In this document: piece by piece, positions 50,985 through 60,000 of the stretch | Numbering within the stretch: position 1 is the stretch's first letter | How the letters are laid out: each line of letters opens with the position of its first letter | Assembly: GCA_028534125.1 (NCBI GenBank) | Contig: CM052816.1 | Coordinates: 73,844,001 to 73,904,000, forward strand | Source: Lama glama | Lineage: Eukaryota | DNA: 60,000 nt | Direction: 5' to 3' | The notes under the pieces: generated by a model | Seen by the model: only the letters and a program-made list of their open reading frames with translations | What the model was told of the DNA's origin: nothing | The model's database searches: none | Made by a program: the position numbers and the translations under genes

Positions 50985-51970
50985 AGGACCTAAAGAAATT
51001 AGGAAAAGCAAAGCAAGGTATGCATCCCCCTTGGTGGGGGAGCTGTGTTGGCCCAGTGCAGGGTATCAAAGGCTCGACTGGAATAAGTAGTGTCCACATA
51101 GGAGGGCTTCCTGTAGTAGGGAGTCAGAGCTTTACTGAGGGGAGGAGTGAGGGGAGGAGGGCATCCATAGATGGGGTGGCCATGGACAGGGAATCACAGC
51201 CCAAGCAGAGCAAAGAGAGGATCAATGTGGCAGATCAGTCCAGCATGAGAAGTCAGAACTCGAACAGGGTCAGAAGGACATCCATGCAATATGGTGGTCT
51301 GATGTGGGGTGTCCAACAAAGGGATGTCCTGTGCAAGATGAGGAAGGAGTTCACATGGGTCAGGGGATGGCCAGGCATGAGGCACTAGGTTCAAGAGCCC
51401 AAATAGGGAGAGGGGGATCTTCACAAGGAGTGTGGTCAGAGTATCAGAGCCCAAGTGAGGTAAGAAGGATATCCATGCTGTTTCTACTGTCTGGACATTA
51501 CCCTGTGTCCATATAGGTGAGTGGCCAGGTGCAGAGGTCAAGACCTAAGCAGGAGGAGGAGGATGTCCACATACAGGGGCAGCCCAGCAGGGGGAAATAA
51601 GAATCTGAGCAAAAGAGGGTTCCATGCAGGCAGGCAGCTAGATGTGGGTGTCAAAGTCCAAGCAGGGCAGGGAGACCATCCACGTAAGAGGAGCAGATGT
51701 GCATGACATATTGGGGCTCCAGTGTGGTGACAAGAGCATCCACAGGGAGAGTGCAACAGCAGCATCAGGAATCCGGATACCTACAAGGGGACTGGTCAAA
51801 TAGGTAAACTTAGTTAGGGCAATGGGAGCACATTTCCTTGCTGTTGAGTGACAAATATGAAAAGAGAGAAGTAGAATCCCACTAGAATGGGGATGGAATA
51901 TAGGTGTGAACTTATGGTTTTCAATACATAGAGAGAAATAAATGTAATTATATGTATGTGATTGTGTGTA
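50985..51970 (+). mobile_element. L1MC3/4-type 3' UTR with its degenerate ~60-bp G-rich tandem array
   Basis: Recurrent (g)tcagagcccaag..agg..aggagggcatccacat units, then gactggtcaaataggtaaa...ggtgtgaacttatggttttcaata. Confidence 0.75.
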
Positions 51971-52564
51971 AACGGCTGGATCTTTAACAATTAAACAGTA
52001 AACTGTTTACAAGGAACATATCAAAAACAGAAGGGCACAGAAATCTGAACATAAAATTATCAAACAAGATATACCATGCAGTGATGGGTTGGGTGTAAGA
52101 GGTACAGTCTAGTTCTTGAGCAAGACAGGTTCATGGGTGAGAAATTCAGTCACTGTGGCAACTGAGTAACTCACAGAGTGCTAAAATTAAGATAATGACT
52201 GTGAAACTTTAACGAAAGGAATACAGCTCATTCAACCATGAGGTGGTTAGAGTATTTTTGTGTGTGTTTGTGGGAGGCCAGTTGACTCCCTCACACAATC
52301 TAGCACAAGTCAGCTCACCAAATCCAGTATCACTTTGTTTCTCCAAAATACTATCCCAACAGTATCCCAGAGTTTATCAGACTCAATGAAAATTACTCTG
52401 ACAAAGCTCACAAAAGCCTGGTTTGTAAAACCAACATGCTGACTCATTAATATTTAATGAGGGGGAAAAAAAAAACACTTACAGGTCAGGCTGACCAGTG
52501 TATTCTCTCCCTGGACCTACGTCAGAAGCCATACCAGAAGATGATCAAATGAACTTGGAATTTA

Positions 52565-53035
52565 TGTAATTTTTCTCTGCTTCTTTCCCTTTCTCCATAT
52601 CCATTTTCTGCACTTCTTTGCTTTGCACTACGTCCAGAGAGGCTGTCCCCAATGGCCTGCACACATAACCCTACCCTTCTGGCCAGAGACTTCTGGTTGG
52701 ATTCAGCTATTGAAAGGCACCAGCAGGAAATTCAAGGATGGGGAAAGAGAAAAGTTGGGATATTTCTTCCTTGCTTGGTTCCATGTCTATGGCAGGAAAC
52801 TCATCCCTCAAGACCACAACTGCCACTGGGAATCTCATCATCTGTGGTCCAGCTCCACTCTCACTGGGCCCTGAGCCTGGAAACACCACTTCCTCCTCCA
52901 GGTAGGTAACCATTTCCAGTTGTTGCTAGTCTCTGTGGACCACCTCAGTATCCACTGTTAGTTCCCTCAACCTGCCCACACCTCTGTAAGTCTCTGCATT
53001 AGAATTATCTCAGCTGAATTGCATTTCCTGCCATT
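52565..53035 (+). mobile_element. LTR33-like ERVL solo LTR
   Basis: cttctggttggattcagctattgaaaggcaccagcaggaaat...ttgctagtctctg...aacctgcccacacctctgtaa. Confidence 0.75.
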
Positions 53036-53084
53036 TGAATGAGTAATTCAGTATTTCTGAAATACCAAGTATTTTCAGTCTACT

Positions 53085-53171
53085 TAGAGTGACCTACCTT
53101 CTCAGTTTAAGCAGAAATGATGTAGGGTTCAGGACATTCTGTTTTCCTATCGAGATGAGTTGGTCACCCTA
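53085..53171. mobile_element. MER81/MER94-like hAT-Blackjack MITE
   Basis: TIRs tagagtgacc / ggtcacccta; 8-bp TSD-like agtctact (53077-84) and atcctact (53172-79). Confidence 0.8.
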
Positions 53172-53194
53172 ATCCTACTTGACTTCACCATATC

Positions 53195-53660
53195 TGCTTG
53201 CCACACCTGTATGGTTATTTATTTAACGCTTTGTTAAAGTGGCTTCCTTTTGTTATTTCTTATTACTTTTAAAAGGAACTTTAGATCACTGTCTTAAATG
53301 GAAAACTAACATCATTTACCTTTGATCAATACAAGAAAATATACTATAGATATAAAAGTAAATGGAAACTAAGCGATAATATTAAATTTAACTAGAAACT
53401 ATTACTACTTGCAAAGGGATCTGAGCCTGAGGCCTGCTCTCTCTATACTTAAAAGGAAGATTAGTGAGTGTCAGGCATTAAAGACATTCCAGCCCCAAAT
53501 TAAACTTTCTGCCTGTTATATCAGAACATCTGGTAGAAATTGTAAGTGGATAACATTCTGACCGTACAAGTCTACATTATTTACCAATGTACAAGTATGA
53601 CCTGTATCATCTTGATTACACCCAGTGGTACATGCTCCAACCTTCTGGAGACAGTAGTCT
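53195..53660. mobile_element. Possible old hAT-Charlie fragment
   Basis: Terminal cccagtggtacatgctccaaccttctggagacagtag resembles Charlie ends; family unresolved. Confidence 0.4.
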
Positions 53661-54114
53661 AATGGGTGGTTAAACGCCTAGCAGAATCAGGCTCTACAGT
53701 CTGGTGTCCCACTCTCCACAGTAGATATAACCAGCAGACTAACTACTGGCCTGATAGGCCCCCTTTACCGCAGGACAGTGCTGGGATGGACATCATCAAC
53801 AGTTGCTTCTGACTTTGTTTCTATGATTCCAAGCCCTATTCTAATGAACACATTTTTTTTTCTTTGAATGCAGTAATCTTTTTACAGGAAATACTCAGAT
53901 CTTTTAAACCACAGAACAATTTGGTCTCCTTAAGGTAACTTCATAAATCTCTGTTACAGTGTGTGTTTATTAGGCATTTTAACTCTTAGGATACAGTCTT
54001 CTTTCCTCTTCATATTTTTAGAAGGCCACTTACTGTAACATTCACGTTCTACCTATAAATACAGAATACTCTGGCAACTTGCGGGTAGGTATATGAGGGA
54101 GTGGGTAGGTATAT

Positions 54115-54310
54115 GAGCAGTGGCCAGGTCTAATGTCATAGAAGAGGTGACACTGGAGTTCAGACTATGAAGATTAATTAGCTTTCTCTAGATGGAGAGT
54201 GGAAGCCAAGTTAATCTAGGCAGAAGGAAAAGTATGCTCAATGGCAAAGAATTATGAAAAAATAAAATATATTCAGGGATTGAAAGTAGTTGAATACAGG
54301 CTGGGAGGAG
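54115..54310 (-). mobile_element. L2 fragment
   Basis: catagaagaggtgacactggag...ctaggcagaaggaaaagtatgctcaatggcaaaga. Confidence 0.65.
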
Positions 54311-54384
54311 ATGATTTTAACTTAAACAGTAGATTATCAGAGAACACAGTTCCTGCATACAAATAAGGTAACCCAGACTTCATA

Positions 54385-54600
54385 TAGTGGTGCATAGTAT
54401 GGCACACAGGGGAAGGACATTAGGGTTTGGAGTCAGACTTGTGCTGTTATCTCAGATTCAGAAATTACTCTTTGTTCAACCCTGGGAAAATTACTTAACA
54501 TCATAAGCCTCCATTTCCTCACGCATAAAGTAGGAAATAATAAGCAATTCTCCATATTTCATAGAGTTGTTATGAGGATTAAATTAGATAATATCCTTAA
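54385..54600 (+). mobile_element. MIR SINE
   Basis: ggtttggagtcagac...ccctgggaaaattacttaac...agcctccatttcctca...gttgttatgaggattaaat. Confidence 0.85.
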
Positions 54601-54603
54601 AAC

Positions 54604-54824
54604 CAGTGATTCTCAACTGGGGGTAATTTTGCCCCCTAAGACATTTAGTAATGTCTGGAGATATTTTTTATTGTCACAACTAGGGGAGGTGGGAAGGCTG
54701 CCACTGGCATCTAGCAGGTAAAAGTCAGGGATGCTGCTTAATGACCTACAATATACAGGACAGCCCCCATCACAGTCTTATTTGGGCCAAAATATGAAAG
54801 GTGCTGAGTGAGGTGAGAAACCCC
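54604..54824 (+). mobile_element. MER20 hAT-Charlie element
   Basis: cagtgattctcaactgggggtaattttgcccc...aatgtctggagatatttttt attgtcacaact...cagggatgctgct...aggtgagaaaccc. Confidence 0.92.
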
Positions 54825-55879
54825 ATTTAGCCTAATGTCTGGCTTACAATATGCATTCAGTAAATGTTTCCAGAAAGAGAAGGAGGAGGAAGAGGACGAG
54901 GAGGAGGGATGATGCTGTACAAAGGAGATGAGTTCTTTGCAGCTGCTTTCTGTTATGGTGAATGCCAACCCATCGTGCCCTGCTGTCATCAAGTGCACTC
55001 CCTAATCCCAGCCACCAGCTGTCTATCTACGTGGACAATTGGTCACAGGGTGACTAGACAAGAATTACAGGCTGGTAGGCCTTGGAAGAGCAGTCAAGCA
55101 CCTGACCACAATCAAGTTTTATAAAAACAGAGAAAGTAACCAAACCTCCCTATAACTCTAACACACAGCCACCATCTCCTGTCCTGTGAATAAGTATTTT
55201 GGGCCTGAGAACAATAAGTGGCAAGACCCAGTAGCCACAGTTGGCAGTTCATCTGGTCCACCAGCCTCGAAATAGTGAATAATTACAACTCAAATACTGA
55301 ATAATTACAATAGTGGACCAGACATGTTTTAAAAAGGGACCATAGCACACTATTTAAACAGGTCTCGCATATAAAATCTGGGAGGCCTGAAGACTTCTGA
55401 TGAAGCGTCAGTCCAAAGGATGGTGTGGCAAAGCTAAGAACAGCTGGGGACAAAAACAGAGGCTGCCTTGATGTGCATATAGCGTCAGTGATAGTGAAGT
55501 TCTTTTTCAAACTAAGCTTCAGCTAACCACACTTTGGCAGAACAAAATACAGAAGCGATGCTCTGCCAACAGAGGCTTGAGCCACAAACCAAGGAGCAAT
55601 CTGCATGTATATATGATGTGGAAAGAACTGCTTGTCAGATGTTGGTTTTTCTCAGCCACAGCTTCACATATTGGGGTATCATCTTCAAATTATGAAGGAC
55701 AGTTTGATTCTTTAACTGCCCAGGCATGTGGGAAACTAATGACAGATAATGCCCTATGTTGACAAGTTAATGTCCCAGCAGGGAAAACCAATTAGGAAAT
55801 GTGTCATTTAGGGTGCTGCCTATCCTTCCAGAATCAGCTCTAACAGTGTCTTTGTTTGAACTGACATGTCAGCTAAATG

Positions 55880-56095
55880 CTAAGGCTTTGGGGTCAGACG
55901 GCATTGGGTTTGGGTACTAGCACCACTGTTCACTTACTGTGTAATCTAGGAAAAGCTATAATGTCGCCAAACACCAATTTCATCTACTCTAGAATGGAGA
56001 TGATAGTAACAACTTTGTAGAGGCGCAGTGAGGATTCAGTGCAATACTTCAGGTAGAATTCCTACCACTACACCCAGTACAGAGTAACTCTTAGG
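55880..56095 (+). mobile_element. MIR SINE
   Basis: ggctttggggtcagac...cttactgtgtaatctagg...agaatggagatgatagta...gtgaggattcagtg. Confidence 0.75.
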
Positions 56096-56859
56096 TGAAT
56101 ACCAGATGCCTGTGGCCCTTGGTGTCCATCAAAGAAATCACTCATCTTATGTTCATATCTCATCTCCTATATCTGAGAGCACAGGTCCTATCAATCATAT
56201 TGCATGTTAATAACTGTGAATTGGGGCACAGGGGTCCACATACACTAAAAACAGAACTGTAAACAAAAAATCTGACTCATGAATTTGTTCATGATTCTTC
56301 CTAGAAATGGACTCAGCCTTTCTTCAGTTTTGATACATGTATTAAAATGTTTGCCCTTCCATGTTTTTTTTTCACATCTGTGCTGATACTATTTTGAGAA
56401 AAGTATATATATTTCTTTTGAAAAATTTCTTTCTCATATATTTTTCTATTTTTGCCATGTTACTGGTGGCAATCTTTAGATATCTTTCAGCAACAGATGC
56501 TCCACTGGGAAAAGTTTGCTCAGTTACATCCTTGTTCAGTCTCAGGAACTATAATGAGGAAATAAAACCATCTTTTCCGGAAATTCAAACACCACACATG
56601 GGAGTATAAATACCTCTGTTGAACTTTAAGCAACAGTTTGCTCCCTAAGTAAGTAATTTGGTAAAATATGAATCAGCTTCACAGTTAGAAAGAGAGTAAT
56701 CATAGGTTAGAACACCAGCATGAGAGAAAGGAAGGAAAGAAGTGTGAATTTAATTGAACTGGTATTTCCCCTGATTGCTTTGTGACTGAGAACTTAATCG
56801 GTCTTCATTAGCAAGTGAAACATGAAGAGAAATGTCATGAAAGTTAACATTTTTTGACA

Positions 56860-57065
56860 GCTTAGGATGTCCTAGACACTGTTCTAAGTCTTTAATGTAT
56901 GTTAATCACAGCAGTCTTATGAAGTGGAAACCCTGGCACCCTCATTTCGCAGGATGAGGGAAAGGAGGTAAGAGAAGTAAGGAACCAAGATTACATAACT
57001 AGTAGTGGCAGATCTGGGGTTTAAACCCAAGCAGTGTGAATCCAGAGCCTTCCCTTTTAACCTCT
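56860..57065 (-). mobile_element. MIR SINE
   Basis: agacactgttctaagt...ataactagtagtggcagatctggggtttaaacccaagcagtgtga. Confidence 0.75.
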
Positions 57066-57510
57066 AAGACCTTTAAATGAAAGTAAAGGAATGTTGCCTA
57101 TAAGACATCATTTAAAATCTAGACAACAACCCATTTCACAAATAGCATTATGGAATGAAACGATGCTCTCATCACATAACAATTTAAATGATTTTGCTTC
57201 CAGCCAAAGATTAATGTTGTATTTTAAGGAGACTAAAGAGGACTTTAAGTTCACGAGGCTTGGACAGTTAGCCTACAAAACATTCAGAATTTGCTGAGTG
57301 TAATAATGATCTTAATGGGTTTTTTTTTCCTCCCAAGAGCTTAACATTTTTACCAGAAGGGAAGATATTTTCTCCAAATGTTCTAACAATTACAAAGAAC
57401 TGTCTTAAATTTTTCTAATTTTTCATTGCCTTATTCTACTTAATTCACAAATTTCCATTTCCCCTTACATGAATAAACCATGAACTCAGTCTTTTTCCTC
57501 ATTAGCTCAT

Positions 57511-57545
57511 AAGCACCATCTAGTGAAGAAACAGAATAATTACAG
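57511..57545 (-). promoter_or_regulatory. Candidate CTCF site with upstream (ZF9-11) module
   Basis: The minus strand reads CTGTAATTATTCTGTTTCT-TCACTAGATGGTGCT. The core is close to CCACTAGATGGCGCT, and TGTAAT starts 18 nt before it. Confidence 0.55.
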
Positions 57546-57934
57546 AACAATTCCTGCTGGCAGTCACAATTTAATCTGTTCTAATAAAGCCTAAATCAGC
57601 ACCATTTTATATCATTGTTCTCAAAGAGAAGAAGACTTGTTCAATGCAGACATTATGGCTAAGGTTTAAAATATCTATTCCAATTTTTATTATAGTTTTA
57701 AGTTTTTAGAAATGAGGATTAGCTTGCTTTCTATTTCCAATTCCTGCTGGCCTTTCCACTACTGTTGGCTGTGTGTCCTCAGACAGCATTTTAAGTGACA
57801 CACTTCACTGTACCAATAACCCAGGATGGTTTTTGAAATTTGTTTTTCTGTATCAGCCCATACTCTGCTTTCTTCCTCCTTCTTTTCATGTATCACACTA
57901 TAGTGCTTATATATATATGTATATATACATATTC

Positions 57935-58080
57935 TCTAGTCATTTATTGAGGACAATCTCTGCCCTCAAGAAGCTCACAGTTCAGTAGGTGTAGACTTTA
58001 GGGAAACAGAATATTACAGCTGATATGATAGAGTATAATGTAGAATTATAGTCAGAAGGGTCAGAAAGAATTGGCTAGCA
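57935..58080 (-). mobile_element. L2 fragment
   Basis: catttattgag...tctctgccctcaagaagctcacagttcagtagg. Confidence 0.65.
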
Positions 58081-59684
58081 TTTTGCAATTTCGTCGGAAG
58101 GCAAGGAGTTCATCATTCTACAAGTAGAAGCTCTTAGTCAACCTCCATTTAACCAACTCACCACATTAACCAAAGCTCTCCATTTACATCTGTAAAATAC
58201 ATTGACTCACACCCACTGCACGGTGAATGCTTAGGGCTAGAAGGCTATCTAAACACTCATGAACATCTGTTTCTACCAGCCAAGTTGGATGCTTAACAAG
58301 ACACAGTTTGGTTTTGTTCCCAGATATGTTTATGCCAGTTCTAGTTGTAGTTACACAACATTAATTACACAACTTAAATAATTACTACATCAATCAAATA
58401 TGAGTTCAAAAACTGGTGTCAAATGAGGCGGGCGTGAGACAAGCATAGAAGATTAGGGAGAAACATAACAATCTAGAAGAGTTCTGCATTCAGATTGGTT
58501 TGAAGATGTTTTTAGAATCTTGCTCTAATTTCTCAAAAAACCTGGAAATCTTAGTTGATGGCTTATGGGTGTGTTTTATGCAAGACAGACAATGCACAGC
58601 CTTCCTAGGGTCTCAGACTTTAAAAGGAAGTAACAAGAGATCATAAAAGAATTCATAGTAGAGAATACTTTAAAAGTGGCACAGAGGTATAAGAATAGTG
58701 TCAAAGAAGGCAAAATACAGCTTTAGCTCAAGACTGTGGAAAAACAGAACAATTAGCGCTCTTTAAACTGTATTTAGAGAAAAATGAGAGCGTGAGAGGT
58801 GAAAGTCTCTGCACCTCTGTAGGTGATGCCACAGTAAGGGGGAGCACAGGTAAGGCTGATCTCGAATCTCGTTTTCCTTCCTTCTTTGTAAAGTATAGTG
58901 AAATTTAGCTGGAAAAGGCAAAAGATAGGACTTTATAAATAACCTCCTAACTCCTCTGGAAGGTGCCTACGTGAGACTTGCACTATTTCCAGGTTTAAAT
59001 TCAGAACACATCCTTCGCCTGCTGACTCTGCTGTCAGCCATCTTCAAGGAGTCAAGACAAGCAGCAACAGCGCTGACAGGGGGCAAGCATATTCCCGACC
59101 CTCCAAAAGTGGCACGAAGTAGATACCGAAAATGACCAACTGGGAATATACTAACCATCCTCAGCTACATTCTAGAACAAATTATTAAAGCCTCAGACCA
59201 TGAGCATCTAAAAAGGGAACAGTGTTGAGTGTGAATCATGATTAGTTCACAGGAAACAGATTCTACCAGAACTCACCCATTACTGTTTTTATGTTTATTA
59301 GGTTAGTCAGTTTCCTATTTCTGTGTATTTTTGGAAAAACATTTGCCAAGCTTTTAAAGATACCCTTCTGGACAAAAAGTGAAGACATGTGAGTTCAATA
59401 GATTTATTGTTGTTTGTACCTAAAATGTCCTGATTAATGGATCAAAGTCAGCCTTGGAGAGGAGTCCGGAGCACATGTTGTTCAGTTTCATCCTAAGCCC
59501 TACAAAATGAGGAAATTTTTTTTTTTTACTTTCAGTGAATTCAGTAAGAAAATTGGTGCCATACTTGCAGGTGGCAGAAAGTTAGAAGGTGCATTCAACC
59601 CGTTGGATGGCAGACTCAGATCCCTATCCCAAAGGATAGAAAATGGGTCCAAATAAGTCGTTAAAAAAAAATGGGACATTGCAG

Positions 59685-59727
59685 TACACATTGTAACTGA
59701 TTGTACTTCAATTGGAAAAAAAAAAAC
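59685..59727 (+). mobile_element. Extreme L1 3' terminus with poly(A)
   Basis: acacattgtaactgattgtacttcaattgg plus an A-run; similar to the other young L1 termini in the window. Confidence 0.7.
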
Positions 59728-60000
59728 TACAGAGTGCAAATAGAAGAGAAATTAATTATCAGTAGCCTGGGTGAGAAAAGAGTTAAGGATTTTAATTACG
59801 TTCAATATAATAAAAAGAAGTGCCAAGAGGTAATGTGCACACAGACTAAGTTAATTATAGTAGTTAGAGTAGTAGAACCCTAAAAAGGGGACATTTTCCA
59901 TAGTGGCTGGTCAATGACATCAGATGTTAGAGAGATATCCAAGAAAATAAGTTCTGAGATTTATATTTAGTGAAAAGAACATCACTGTTGACTTTCAAGA

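Noticed and set aside
51020..51765. Cluster of 60-122 aa ORFs or a CRISPR-like array
   Set aside because: The ORFs arise from a GC-rich L1MC 3' UTR repeat; units are degenerate with no invariant repeat plus unique spacers, and the DNA is mammalian.
54083..54117. Short tandem duplication gggtaggtatatgag (similar small duplications near 962, 3386, 21121 and 55278)
   Set aside because: Ordinary local slippage duplications with no shared motif.

Overview
AT-rich, CpG-depleted mammalian non-coding DNA (intergenic or deep intronic). It is most likely from a camelid, judging by two tRNA-derived Vic-1-type SINEs and young cetartiodactyl-type L1 3' ends. No cellular protein-coding exon is recognisable. 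The only ORFs with recognisable similarity are transposon relics: an ERV env fragment, a Tigger7/MER44 transposase N-terminus and L1 ORF2 pieces. Much of the window is a patchwork of old L2, MIR, L1M, MaLR/ERVL LTRs and hAT/Tigger DNA transposons, several nested. Most notable: (i) a CpG-retaining island across a nested MLT1/Tigger7 element, with an open HTH mini-ORF, MYB/CRE-like motifs and divergent splice donors (candidate TE-derived germline promoter); (ii) an internally deleted ERV env whose 69-aa ORF joins a signal-peptide-like N-terminus to the immunosuppressive domain; (iii) a CTCF-like site with its upstream module. Repeat family names come from recalled consensus sequences, not a search, and most boundaries are approximate.
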